A stretch of DNA of 64,000 bases. It comes from Lobosporangium transversale (taxonomy: Eukaryota). Made by a program: the position numbers and the translations under genes. The notes beneath the pieces were generated by a model that made no database searches, was not told the DNA's origin, and saw only the letters and a program-made list of their open reading frames with translations. Positions 12,471 to 26,568 of this stretch are shown piece by piece. The DNA is taken from positions 124,001 through 188,000 of the forward strand of contig NW_019029017.1 of NCBI RefSeq assembly GCF_002105155.1, read 5' to 3'. The first letter of the stretch is position 1; every line of letters begins with the position of its first letter.

Positions 12471-14628
12471 TCGTGTCACAGGCCCTATATATAATACTCC
12501 GCGCCTCGAAAAGAAGAAAAATCCCCTTACCAGGCACAGAATAAATGAAAAGGCAGGTGGTGGCCTTTTGTCTAAACCTTTCATAGCTTAGATGCAAAGT
12601 ACATGACTTTGATGGGCGGATGACCAGGTCGATAGACATCAGCTAAGTGGTTAAAACATACAGAGCGTAAACTTGAGTAGATCATGGTCGCTTTCAAAGC
12701 AGAGAGGGTTTTTTTATTTTTATTTTTAGAGTTGATTATACTTTTCTACAGCCTCACTTCCTCCTCCGACTGCTTCGCGCTATACATACGTAGATGACGA
12801 AGTTTTCGGCTTCAGATGGAGTCCTCGCCAGAAAGTCATGAACTGGATATATTTTAAAATACTCAATTTGAATTATTATTTGCAAAAATACAATTTACGT
12901 ACGAAGCTTGAAAAGCACAATAGAAAAAAAAAAAAATTCTCAAAATTCTTGATGTCCAAAAATGGAAGTATTCTATTCAATTTAAATGCCTGAAAAACAT
13001 ATCCAGTTCATGACTTTCTGGCGAGGACTCTATAATCGACTGCAGATGTTCTGGTATAGCCCAAATACAAGCGTGTTTGCAAGTCAGAGCGATTTATTGA
13101 GCTCACTTCAAGCGCTTGCCATGTGCTGCACAACATATAATGTAGCAAAACATACGCAGGCAATCGAGATCATCATGACACTCTTTTCTTTTTTCTTTTT
13201 CTTATGGTGTGCCAAATAAAAATAGAAGGGGATGGGGGAGGGGCTTGAGCCCCTCATGACGATAGTACCCAGCCATTTCAAACTTAGTGATGATAAGTCT
13301 AATTAGAGGCTGGCTTAGACTTCCACTCCAAGCTGTGAACCGGACGCCTTCAATTCAAAAATAAAAATAAAAGTTAAAATGCTTATCCCATTCAAAGTTT
13401 TCTATTTTAAGACCCATTCAATTAGGGGTGCTTTTTCAAATATGTTTGTGACTTTGGCGAGAAATTAAAAAAGGTAATGGACAAGTGCATGTAATTGTTT
13501 CCCAAATCGAAGGCAAGCACAATTCCAACTGCAAGCAGGAAAAAAAGTAAGATGAGAACAGAGTCACCCGATTGTTCCAAAAAGTAAAAGAAGCTGTAAG
13601 AATCTGTCCACTTATTGTACCTTAAATTATGATAAAAGACTTCCAGTTCTAGTCAATCTAAATAACATTAGTACCACACATACAGATGTGGCAGCTGCTG
13701 TTGGCGAAAGCAGGCTAATCGGGAAAGCTTTGTTCATGTCTCCGTCACCAGTAGTAAGGCTACGATAGCTCTAATGTCTTTAGGTGGTCAACACGTATAC
13801 TTTCAATCTTTGGTCAACCTTAACCAAGGATACCAAAGTAACAGGGCAGAAAAGTGGACAGACAAAAAAAAAAAAAGATACAGCCTAGCATCCCATTTTC
13901 CACAGCACTTATAATATCGAATATAAACCTCACGCAAATCGGATTCGAACAACGGTGGGTTACCCATGGAGATACTATCAAGAAAGTTACTCGTCGGGCA
14001 TGATATCCTCCCATGGCTGCTTGTATTGTGAAAAATATGAGTACAATCGTGGACAAGCACGATGCATACGACAGTCCTACTGCTGAGTTGGAGAAAGCAG
14101 CCAATGGTCCCAATAGTCCTATTCTTAACCCAAGGGTTTGGCCCTGATCTTGTCTATGGTAGTTATGCCTGTGCAAATGAAAATGGTTGGCGTGATAGAA
14201 GTGGATACTTAACGTGTTGTGCAATTAGAAGCAGCTATAGCCACTTAGGCAAGGATGGAGTTTTTTTTTTTTTTTTTTTTTTTTTTTAGTTACGCTGGTT
14301 TCTTACTGATTGTGTACAATTATTAGGCAGGGAAGATTCACGATACATGTATATGGTGTATCGTCAGCTTCAAATAGTGGTAGAACCTGGAATAAGCTGT
14401 GAAAAAAGGCATGAAAAGCTAAGCATAATAGGTACAGGGGATGATACATACAGCACTATATCCTTTACTATGGCTATTGGCAGAGTTATTACTCTTGATC
14501 TGTATTTGACCAGGTATGGTATTTATTTTACATTGTCAGATAAGGCATATTACGTGCAGAATCAATAATGAGTATTATAAACTATTTGGAACAGAATCCT
14601 ATTTGATAGCCTAATATATCATGGTGCT

Positions 14629-16822
14629 TCAAGATTGTTCTTCGGATTCAGGAATAAGATATTCCTGATAGTCTGACGTGGGGCGTGGTACACTCAATGA
14701 TTCCTCAAAGTCAGATTCTATATTGTCAGAGGCAAATAAAAGCGAAAATGTTAGTTCACCATAGTCCATCCATTCAGGAATAGACAATGACCTTCCTTTG
14801 ATATGTATTTACCTCCATCGCCATTGGGGACTGTACTTCGCTCGGATGTTGCTGCAAGCTCCTCCGGTGAGAGTTCCTGGCGAACCTCCTCTAAGGTCGA
14901 CAAGATCTCGTCCAGCGAAGGTCTCATCTCGGGGTTGGTGTCCCAGCAACACTCATACAATGCTCGGTAACTCTCTGGCGTGCCCGGTATAGCCTGCTCA
15001 CGCTTCCCATTCAGGATAGATAAAGCAAATTGCACATCTTGTGGTGTTTTTGAGAATGCAGAATGACCGCTGGTGAGTTCCCAAAGTAAAACACCTAGAG
15101 AGTAAATGTCACAGCGTGCATCAAAGTAACGAGGGTTACGGAACCTCTCAGGCGCAATATAGGCCATGACTCCAATCAATGGGTCACTTTTATCTTCTGC
15201 AGGGCCGTGTCCATCAGGGACTCCTGTTGTAGTGGCCTCGTCTTTATCAGGGCTGTCTAGAGCTGGCATTTTCTGACTCACAAACTTGTATTGTCCCTCA
15301 GAATTTGTCGTTGTGGATATTGCGTACTCATCCACGCTCCGAACCACACGCTCTTCCATCGTACTTGCCCCAAAATCCGTTAACATGGCATTCCCAGCTT
15401 CGTCGATGAGAATGTTACCGCCATGCAAGTCTCTATGAAAGACGCCTTCCTTGTGTAGGCGTGCAATGGAAGCTGAGATTTGAGTTGCCAACGTCAGTTT
15501 ATCAGCCCAAGTGAGCTTATGGAAGCCAACCCTGAGGTGCCATGAAAGAGAGCCTTGTTCAGCATACTTTGTCACGATGCAAAGTTTATCAAGTCCTGGG
15601 GGATAGGTAACTCCGTAGAACTGGACCACGCCTTCAAACCCCTTCATGCGATTGTAAATTTCGACCTTGAAACAAGAAGAATAATAAAAAGCTTATTGAT
15701 TAGTACAGAGGCAGCAAGCCAATTAATCGAGGTGGTTTATATCGGATATCTCCTTGAGATATAGCACAATTCACGATCTAGCCGCGTGTTGTTTGCTCAA
15801 CATGATACATGTGCATTATGGCTGTATATAAAGTGGGGTCAATAAATGTGAAATTAAATAAAGTTCACGCTCAGACGCGACTGAGCGACAGGAGAAAATT
15901 CAACTTGTCTTCAGTGAGATGATAGACAAAAAAAAATCAAACCATCCTAGATGAAAATTTGAAGGATACTTTGTGCACATTGTAATGAGGAGGAGAAAGC
16001 AAAGGATGTTCATGCGCACAAAGGCAAGAGCAGAGTGTGAAGTTGGACTAAAAATAAGGAAATTCCAGCATTGATTGTACACAATAGCGATCATGGCGAG
16101 TCCATTACATGTCATTTATTGCCTACCTCTTTGGAGATAACGTGGTCAGAGGCTTCCTTGATAGCAACTTTGATTCCTTTCCACTCTGCAACATGTATAA
16201 TACCCATGCCTCCAGCATCAACTCCGATTGATAGGTTTTCAATCTCAGAGGCAGGGATTTCATTCGCAAGAAGCACCTTGCGCTCCTCAGCCGTCAAGGC
16301 GAATGGAAGACGATCAAGCCCTTGTTCCAGCGAGGAAGACTGCAACTGTTCAGTTTCGGATGCGGATATGTCTTCACCTGGTAGCCGGGCTTTGTTGATC
16401 TCACTATTGCTTAGGTTCTGGAGCGAGGTTGAAAGCCGCTTAATGAAGGAGGTCGCCGACGATTTGCTATTAGAGATGTTTTGGTTCTTGTTGGTTTTGT
16501 TTAACTGGGAGACCGATTTAAGTGAAGAGCTGTTGACGTTGCTTCTATTAACAGGCTGGCCCTCTGTAGAGGAGGTAGTTTTCGGATTATCAATGCTATC
16601 AACAGATGAAGAACGTTGATGGATATCAGCGGCAGCTGTTGGGGCAGCCTGGTGTTGGTTTAAAGGTACAATGGTGTTGAGTTGAATATCACGCTCTTGT
16701 GAAGATGGCAGAGTTTGAATATCCGAAGGGGAAGGAAAAGAAGATGACGTCGTGGTAGAGTTGCTCTTTTTCTTCCGGTGGTCGCCTTTTATACAGCAAC
16801 ACTTTGTCAATACGTTGCCCAT
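14629..16822 (-). CDS. Tyrosine-kinase-like (TKL) protein kinase
   Basis: Exons ~16822-16126, 15666-14812 and 14717-14629. Motifs AGGMGIIH, VAIK, HRDLHGGN, DFG, YIAPE, DIYSLGVLLWEL and CWDTNPEMRP. Confidence 0.92.
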
Positions 16823-17385
16823 TTTGTGAAAAGACTAGTTTTGGTAAAAGACAGATGATTGTAATAATATTTGGTGTGGCGGGCTCTGATATCCTTGGAT
16901 GTGGATAGTGGCAACGAGGAGATATTAGAAGGTTGATGATGGGGACTAAGTGGCGTTTGGATGATCAATTGCCGATTAAAATACGACGGTTTGCGTAGAA
17001 ATAGGAAGTGAGTAAAAGGAGCGAATGAGGTGATTGTAGGCGAAGTCGATTAAATTGCATAAATGTATTTTGAATAGGTTCAGGGTTTAAGTAAGCAAGT
17101 CGTTTTAGCTGATGGATGTAGTGAAAAAAAGGAGAAGAAGGGGCTGGATGCTGGTGTAGTAATCTATATAGTTACTGCCTGGCTGTATGGCCAGTTTTAG
17201 AAAAGCAATATGAGGAGGTCTATTCAGACTCTCTGTTGATGAGGAAGCGATGGTTCCAGATAGGCGACCAGGGACTGTGCCAAAGCGCGCAATCGAGGTA
17301 ACGTAGAATGCAACAAAAGGTGGGAGTAAAACCATAGTTAGTTAAATGAGCATTGTACACTAATTGCACGAGTCTCCGTTGCACT

Positions 17386-17424
<39 letters not shown>

Positions 17425-18064
17425 CCACCAGTTACAAATGCAGTGCAGCAAGAACGATGTCATTTTTGTAAGCCTAAAGTATGACACACGTTGTCGAGGG
17501 TCCTGCTCCAAAATAATGCTCAATTAAAAGTTATCAATCTAAACAACAATAGCGTGTTGGTAGCCGAATAGGTGCACAAGGTCATTTACTAAAATGGGCA
17601 AAGTGTATTTTTTTTACTGTTGACAGTTGAACGACATCGTAGCAAATAGCGTCCACAAGCCAAACAAGGATAGGGGTTTGCAAGAAAGAAAACGAAGAAA
17701 AGTAAGGGGAGAGATGGTAGAAGAGAAAGAGAGATTGAGGGGTAGATAGAATAAGCATAGAGAGGTAGATAAACAGTGTGGGAGAGAAAAAGATCATACG
17801 CTTTGGCCAGGTTTCTAGTCTGATGTTGTAAAGGAGGCCGACATGATCTCAAGGAAAGATGCAATACCTTTTGTTCAAAATATTCGGATCGATTAGGTGA
17901 AGAGAATAAGGGAGGTGTAGGAAAAGGTTTGATGTCTTGTCTTGTTGAAGAGGGATCAGCAAAGTGAAAAAAGAGGTATTCGTATTTATATGTAAAAGCA
18001 ATGCAATGTGGAATAACTCGTTGGTTTATCAACATGAGCCTCCATTCAGAACAGGATCCTGTTC

Positions 18065-18098
<34 letters not shown>

Positions 18099-19681
18099 AC
18101 AGCAATAGCAGTGCCCGGATAGGCCGGGGGTGGGGGGATTGGGTGACCAGATTGACTACATGTATATGCACATGCGTATTGTAGATTGAGCGACTGCTAG
18201 ACACCGGTTGACTGAATGATTATGTGAACTCAAAGTTATCTTTGAACACAATTAAAATAAGACCATGCTCGTTGAAAGAACTAATTTCCTTTGCGCGTTT
18301 GCGCAGAAATCTGTTGCAGCTTAATCGAGATTTGGCTCAGTTGACATTGTTACCCAATCTGTGGGATGACCAGCTACTCCGCTGGTGTAAAATAAGAAAA
18401 TAAGCCGTCTTCATTTAGATCGGATTTGTAGGCCCACGCTCTTACGATCCAATCGTTGATTTTCTGTGTCTATTTTTTTTTGTTTGGACTGAACTTTATC
18501 TTTGTTTGCATATCTCGAAAATATTTGGCGGTTCATGCACGAGAACGGGGCAAAAATTTATTTTGTGCAAATCTCTGTTTGTTTCCTTTTTCATTGCAGC
18601 ACGAACATGCATCAGGTCATTGAGCAAACAGTTGTAGCGTCTCTTTGCTTTTCATAAATGTAGAAGCACAAGGTATCTCTCTATGCTCGTACATTTTGCA
18701 TCGCAGCGTTTCTAGTCAATTCGAATCAAACGGAACCAAGGCACAGGAACCTCCAGAAGACATTAATTCTCGCCTTCACCATGGCTACAACAAATCCCTA
18801 GGAAAGACACTCAAATGCGTCGGTATATATTTATCTCGCTTCTGTTGTAGTTTCGTATATCATGTTGTAATCCGTGTTTCATATACTTTGTCAATTACCC
18901 ATTCCACACACACCAAAAGATTGCCCTCTCTCCCGTTCTCGCTCTCCCATCCGTCCACAAGGCACGCTGAAACGAGATCACCCAACAAGGTACCGCCCAG
19001 CAAGAAGAGAGTGATTAAATAGCTTTCACTCCAAGTAATATACACAACCAACAATGCCGCTCCAATATCCCCCATTGATGCCGAAGCCTGAGAGCTAACG
19101 AATATCTCTAACACAAATGCGCTGAAGTTGTTGGAAAAAAAGAAAAAGAAAAAGGCTTTTTTCTTTCTTGACAAGGATTAATTACTTGCAAAATATACAC
19201 ACCGAGTCAAAACTCTCCATGCATTCACTAATGAAAAGTTTTTGACAAACAAGAAGATGAATAGTGGAGTAAGTGAGAATAAGATGTAGGTCTACATATC
19301 ACACCCATGGGGTATTTATTGAAGTTTTTATCATATTCATCAGAGCTTATTAAAAGCATAACTACAAGTCTATGTACGAGTAACATAATAGAGCGTGTTA
19401 ATCATAAATGTTTCCTAGGAGATGAATGTTCAGAAAAAGTATAAGACGTATATCCATTAATACGTTTGTCCATATGCACAAGAAAAGTGTTTTCTTTAAT
19501 CTTTTATGCAACGGGTGTTCTGTAAAGGATGTAACAACTGTCCCCATCTCTGTGCGAAATTATAGTTTACTACGTATCGGCCTTGCATTGAATTTTCAAC
19601 AAGGCAAGAGCCGTCGACTGTGGCTCGTTTTGAACTCAAACACACATTCTTTCTTGTGCAAGCCAACATTACGATTCCAAC

Positions 19682-20813
19682 ATGCAACGGACAACGCGTC
19701 AAGGCGCAGGAAAAGGCGGTGCCCCATCACGGCATGGATCATCAGAAACAGTACTCGCACCGCCTTCATTTCCATTGCTCAAGATGACACTTATTGCAAT
19801 GGTCAATCTCGCAACAGCATATTCAACGTTGACGTGGATCCCTGCTAAACTGATCCAGACTAACATCAGCGAACACCAAACTTTTGCCAACAATGCCAAT
19901 ATTAGCAGCGACAGTAGTGTTAGCCAAACACTTCCCTCTCTGTCATGGACACTAATTGTGTTATTTGGTTTTCAAACGCTAGTGGGCCTCGCCCAGGCGT
20001 ACCTCCATTCTAAAAATACTGCTGTGAATAAAAAGATTTCTGAAAGGAGTAGTCAGTTGTCGTCATCACCTTTTGCAATCCTTAGTGTCTCGATGACGAT
20101 CGGTGCTGTTGGGGCCTCAGTTTGCCATTTGTTTGCGGTTCTCTTTGGAGCAGGAATTTTTCAGTACGATCTAATCTTTATTACAGTTATGAACGCAACG
20201 GCTATATCTCAGTGCGCTGATTGAAGGTGCCTTTCTGGCATTTTTTTTTTTTTTTTTATAATTATTTTTATTCTACATTTATTCTTTTATTGATGCTACA
20301 CTGTTTATCATCATAGTCAATCAAAGGAGACAGGGCAATTGGCGCTCTATCTCTCATTGTTGACATTCTATCCAGCTTCATTTGTGCTTGGAACAGATTT
20401 CAAGAACTGGATTCGAATCTTTGTTCATAACAGGTACGCATTTTAACATGATTATAAGTAACTGCATAAGTTGAATTTTTTTTTTTTTTTTTTTTTTTTT
20501 CTCTAATACTCTTGCCATTTTTCTTCCTAGTCCACGGACATTCACTGAAGCTGCGCTCTATTGCCAGGGAATGATGGCTATTTTCGGGGCATGGCTTGGC
20601 TCAATTGTGATTCCTTTGGATTGGGATCGACCTTGGCAGGCATGGCCAGTCCCTTGCGTCTTGGGTGCATCGCTCTTCTACTGTATCGGTGTTGTTGTAG
20701 GATTGGTTGTGAGCATCGTCATGCATCAACGAGTTGCACGGAGCGAGTTTGGGGTTAATCTCGCCGAGCAGAAGGATAACATGAAGGAACACAAGAAGGT
20801 CAAGGGTGCATAA
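19682..20813 (+). CDS. GPI11: GPI-anchor biosynthesis protein PIG-F/Gpi11
   Basis: Three hydrophobic exons. HLFAVLFGA and the diagnostic [21 protein letters not shown]. Confidence 0.92.
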
Positions 20814-21529
20814 CCTGCATGGGATCTGTGCACGGGCAGGACGTTGGTGGTCATGATTGGAAAAGCCGGCCATCGTGCTTACACGCGTGGGGAGAACTTT
20901 CATTGCTGTTGATTGTCTCGCTTTCTCCTTGAATGATTATCCTCCATGTACTCCTTTTTTTTTTTAAAAAAAAAAATAAAAAAAAAATAAAAAAAAAAAA
21001 ATGGCAATCTAACAAAATGCACAGAGTGATGAATATGTTGTTTTGTGGCATTTAAGCTTTATCTGACTTGGTTTAATGAATCTGGAGCTTCAGTCTAAAT
21101 TACCTTCGAATAATAAATGCATTTTATTTATTTCAACCTTATCTCTTTCTGGCGATACCTGAGAGAGCGTAGTTGAGTGTTCTATCCAGCTCTGACGATC
21201 CTTTCGAGATGGATTTGAATGGATCTGTGGGTCTAGCCCGTGTTCATTATGGCCTGGGGAGTCCAAGGAACAAATGGGTCTTTAACACTAGAGCTGCTCC
21301 CTTCTTCCACAATTATACATTGGGGATTGGGGACTTGATGCCTTTGTCAAATTCGTCCTCAGAATTGACCAAGTTGATTATCTGAAAATGTTTATGGTAT
21401 TAGTGGGTGGAGACTGTGTAGATGAAAGTAAGGGGGATATTTCAAATTAGCGGATTTGTATCCTCACCATTGAATGCCATTGCTATTATCTTTATTTCGC
21501 GTATAATCAGCGTATTCTCAAAAATAATA

Positions 21530-21564
<35 letters not shown>

Positions 21565-22984
21565 GCGTCAGCGATGGTTCACTGAAGGATCTACGAAGAA
21601 GCCTTATTCACATTGTCATAAAGGCCAGAGAAGGTCTCACTCCCACCAACATTTTCAGGGCAAAGGGATCTTGCATTGCAAATTAGCTATTTTATTTTTA
21701 ATCTACATTATTTCTAGTCGGGCTTCAATGAAGGAAGGTGAAAAGGTGAAACACCTAGACAATTCTTTTTTTTTTATAAAAAGCACGGAAGCCAATGTTA
21801 AATATTGCCTTTGTGGCCAATATCATATGATCAATGAATATTTCGTATTCAGTTGGATAAATGACGGATAAATTTTCAATCCATATTTGCAAACTCGTTT
21901 GGAAACCTGATTCAGTTTGTAAATTGGTTTAAATCCATGTCATATTTATTTGGACTGCTTCCATGCAGAGAGAACCTTTTTTACACCCCTTGAGCCTCGG
22001 ATGGCTATTTTGTGATTTGTGCGTTGAAATCATTTTCACGTGTGAAAGAGTGATCCGTGGAGAGAACTTTGTATGTACAACTTGGTCACACGTTTTTTTT
22101 TTTTTTTTTTTTTTTTTAGAGCTTTTTATGCTTCAAAGTGTCACTCCGTGGAAAAAAAAAAAAAAAAAAAAAAAAAAACGTGTTCAAGTTCAAAAAATCA
22201 ATCTGTATTCTTTATTGATGTGTGTCTCTGTGTGCTTGTTTGCGAATGCCAAAAGTGAGAATGCCACGCACAGACATTACACAACAGAGTAACATTAGGA
22301 AGACAAATCCATCAGATCAGAGAGAGGAGTGTATGATCTATTTACTACACAAAGGAGACAATTCTCGTTCTGTAGGGAAGGAAAAAGAGATGGCTCCATT
22401 ATTTTTATCTTGTCATGTTCACTTCAAGTGACTCTCTTGCGATGTAATATTCAAACTTTGTTCGATCCGTGGGCGTCTTTCTCCACTCGACTCTGTCTCT
22501 TTCTCTGCCGAGACTCATATGCAAATCATAACCTTGTTTTGAGCTATTAAGCTATTCAGATCTCTAAACTATACCAGTATATACATGTGGATGAGTGGAG
22601 GCCTTGCAGGCCCTGGTTTATTTGAGCATTCTCAGCTTCAACTACACATGTCTTGTATCGTTGCATTTATACAGATGGGACAGATCAGATCCAAAAAGTC
22701 TTACAACCTATAAAATAGACCCTCAATTTGATCCGATCTCTCTCTTTTCCTTCTTTTCTTTTCTTTTCCTATTCTCCAAATCCTCTTGACAACTTTTTTT
22801 TTTTTTTTTTTTCTCTCTCTCTCTCTCTCTCACTCTCTCCATCTCTCCATCTCCCCATCTCCATTCTACTTTCATTCGTCTCATTTCTCTTTCTCGCTTC
22901 CGTTCGTTTAGTATTTGTATTTCTTTTAAAAATCCTTTCTTAGTACTTCTATCAGAATTACAATAATTGCATATTTTCTTCATC

Positions 22985-23569
22985 ATGTCCGAGTCTGCTG
23001 CTTCACAACGCCTGGCCTTTGTCCAGAACCACCTTCAGGTCTCTGCCTGCTCGAACAAGGAAGAGGAGCCAAGAAAGAAAAGGTAATTTGTCCTTTTTCT
23101 TTTCCCTTTTCCTTTCTCTTATTCTTGTGCTATATTTTTATTTCGCAAGCCATCAACAAGAATGTTTCATGGTGATCATACCCTGGGATGTAAAGGTTTG
23201 ATCTGACTTTTTTTTTGTGGTATTTGTGATCCATGTAGCCCTGTCGAGTCCATGGCTGAGGAGAGAGCAAAGGCGACCTTCGATGTCAGGGAACTAACTT
23301 ACTTCCTGGACGGTGGCGAAAAATTCACCAAGATCAGAGAAAAATTCATGATGGAGCTGGAGCGTGATCCTACCTTCCGCATGTACGACATGTACGACGT
23401 CACCAAAGATGAAATTCGTGTCCGCACCATGGAAAAGGTACAGAGTCGTTAGTCGTTTTATCTTTTGATTCGGGAACACAATGAATCATTACTGCATTCG
23501 TTATAAGCGTTGTAACAGTAGTGCACACAAACAACCTTTTTGGTGTCACATTCGGCATGATTGACCAAA

Positions 23570-23603
<34 letters not shown>

Positions 23604-25470
23604 ATTTTTCACCAACTAGTTCCGCACTATCGTTCATTACGTCTCTGCAGAGCCCGTTCCTATTTTCACTATGCGTATGCAGACCATCTCTTTGATTGAT
23701 CCCGGATTCTGGACCCGCTTCGGTGTCCATTATGGTCTCTTCTTCGGTGCCCTCCGCGGATCCGCCACCTCAGCTCAGTTCTCCCACTGGGTTTCCAAGG
23801 GTGCTCTCGCACTCAATGGCATGGTCGGATGCTTTGCCATGACTGAGCTGGGCCACGGATCTAATGTCGCTGGTCTTGAGACTACTGCCACTTTTGACGA
23901 GGCAGCCGATCAGTTCATCATTCATACTCCTACTATTACTGCCACCAAGTGGTGGATCGGAGGTGCTGCTCACACCGCTACCCACTGTGTTGTCTTCGCT
24001 CAGCTGATTGTTCGCGGCAAGCGCTATGGAACAAAGTCATTCGTTGTTCAACTCCGTGACACCCGTACCTACACTCTCATGCCCGGCATCAACATTGGAG
24101 ATATCGGCAAGAAGATGGGCCGTGATGGCATTGACAATGGCTGGATCCAATTTACCAATGTCCGTATCCCTCGTACCAACATGCTTATGAAGCACACTAA
24201 GGTCTCGCGCGCTGGAGAAGTCAAGGAGCCACCCATGGCCCAGTTGACGTATGGCGCCTTGATTCAAGGCCGTGTTGCCATGGTCGTCGATTCTGGCAAC
24301 ATTGCCAAGAAGGCTGTCACCATTGCTGGACGCTACGCTGCAGTCCGTCGCCAGTTCCAGTCCAACCCTCATGACGTCCAAGAAACTAAGCTCATCGACT
24401 ATGCCATCCACCAGTACCGCCTTATGCCTATCTTGGCTATGGCCTATGCCTTCCATTTCACTGGTGTTGAGACACAGAAGTTGTACGATACTCTCATGGA
24501 TAAGCTCGAGTCCACGCAACCCGATGATGCCGGTCTTCAAGAGACTCTTGAGACCCTCAAGGAGACACACGCTACCTCGGCTGGTCTCAAGGCTTTCTGC
24601 ACCTGGTCTACTTTGAATGCTATTGAGGCCTGTCGCCAGACCCTTGGTGGTCACGGTTACTCTGCCTACACTGGCCTTGCCACTACTTACAACGATTTTG
24701 CTGTTCACTGTACCTGGGAGGGTGATAACACCATCTTGACCCTTCAATCCGGACGTTACCTCGTTAACTGTTATCGCGAGGCTCTTGCGGGCAAAACCCA
24801 ACCCGAGGGAGTTGACTATCTCAATCATCTCGACACTCTTCTGACTCAGGGCTGTGCTGTTAAGACTAACGAGGAGATTTTGAATTTCGACATCATCCAG
24901 CAGGCATGGGGAGTTGTTACTGCTAACGTTGTCAAGAAGGCCGGCGACGACTTTGCTGACTGCCTCAAGCAGGGTATGAGCCCCGAGGCTGCTTATGAAG
25001 AATGCTCACAGGCTCGTTTGGCTGCTGCCAAGATCCACTCTTTTGGATATGTTTTCCGTCGTTTTGCCCAGGCTGTTAAGGGCGCTCCTGAGAGTTTCCG
25101 CCCTATCCTCACTAAGGTCTGCTTGTTGTACGGTCTGTACTCAATTGAGCAGAATGCTGGATTCTTCTTGCAGTACCGTTATTTCACTCCTTCTCAGATG
25201 GACTATGTCCGTGCCCAGGTCAACGTTCTGTGCCGTGATGTCCGTCAGGAGTACATTCCCTTGATTGACGCCTTTAACTACTCTGATTACATGATCAACT
25301 CGCCCTTGGGTGTCTACGATGGTAACGTCTACGAAAAGTACTTTGACCAGGTTAAGAGACAGAATCCTGTCGGCCAGCCTCACCCATACCTCCCCTTGAT
25401 CCAGTCTCTCCTTCGTCGTGATATTGAGGATGACGAACCTCTGGAGGACGATGAGGAGGATGACGAGTAA
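22985..25470 (+). CDS. POX1: Peroxisomal acyl-CoA oxidase
   Basis: Exons from ATG 22985. Motifs GCFAMTELGHGSNV, ATKWWIGG, DIGKKMGRDGIDNG, CRQTLGGHGY and TWEGDN. Confidence 0.96.
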
Positions 25471-25673
25471 GCGAAAGGCCTCGGTTGAATATGAATCATA
25501 AAAAAAAAAAGAAAAGCACCCATAGAGTTGTAGCTAGAGTGCATAGCTTTTTCGTCTTCCAACTGTCATTAGAGCAGTGGAGTTGTAATATAATATAGAC
25601 ATTTTATTTCAAAAAGTATGGCAATAATTGGTTGTCTGTAATCCATGGCATTGGAAGAAAAAAAAAGTGCTGT

Positions 25674-26377
25674 TCATGGCTGAGGGTCTTGACTGTCCTT
25701 TTCTGCTTTAGTTTCCTCTGTTGTAGCTGTAGACTCGTCATCTTCCATAGCCTTTCCTGGTGTTGGTGTAGATTCATCTTCCGCAGCCTTTTCTGGTTCA
25801 GCGACCTTATTCTCATCTGCTTTCTTGCTGGTCATAGCCTCGATGAGACGTTTGATGAGCTCTTCATTGTTGAGCTTAAGGCCGTCAGTCTCTACGGTTT
25901 GTCTGAGGGCGTCTTTGACATTATTCTGATTAAAAAGGGTATTGTCCTTAATATGGCCAGCCTTCTTTGAGCCTGAGAAACCATACTTGACCGCAAAGAG
26001 GGCAAATACGGCAGCAAGAAATGCAACAAGTCCAGGAATAACATACTTGTAAAATAAGTGAAAAGCGATAAGTTCTCTTTATCTATTCTGGTTCGAACTT
26101 GATTCTAAAAGATATATATATATATATATACCTTCTTTGCCTGCGCTCTAGCAAGGCGGTAGTTCTCAATGCGTCTCATTTTCTCAGCCTTAGCATATCG
26201 AAGTTTAAAAAAAAGTTTTGATACTGTCAGCCAACACATGATACCCGCACCCTATACTTCCTTAGTATTCTGTTTCATATAGCAATCATGACCAAGACAG
26301 TCAGGTTTATACAGTATTCACAATACCTTATTCTCCTTTGGCGCCTTTGAAGCGCTTGAACGAACTGAACGAGCCAT
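25674..26377 (-). CDS. Small single-pass membrane protein (basic N-terminus, TM helix, acidic tail; SMCO4-like architecture)
   Basis: Three exons read by eye: MARSVRSSASKAPKENK|AEKMRRIENYRLARAQAKK|YVIPGLVAFLAAVFALFAVKYG...KDSQDPQP*. Missed by the ORF track because of its short exons. Confidence 0.7.
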
Positions 26378-26537
26378 GGTTTATTTCTTATTGTCTTTTT
26401 TCTCCTTGAGTGTGAGTTTTCCACTGTCGTTAAGTGCTCTGTAGCGTAACGTGTCCTTTTTCTTTTGTCGAATAATTGTAACTATGTCTACTTTTTGTTG
26501 ATTACGAGCGTTAGAATACGATCAAGATAGCAGTAAT

Positions 26538-26568
<31 letters not shown>

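Noticed and set aside
13803..14289. Hydrophobic ORFs as a membrane-protein gene
   Set aside because: Non-ATG or poor starts, no recognisable motif or exon structure.
24037..24828. 263-aa antisense ORF within acyl-CoA oxidase
   Set aside because: Shadow of strong codon bias on the sense strand.
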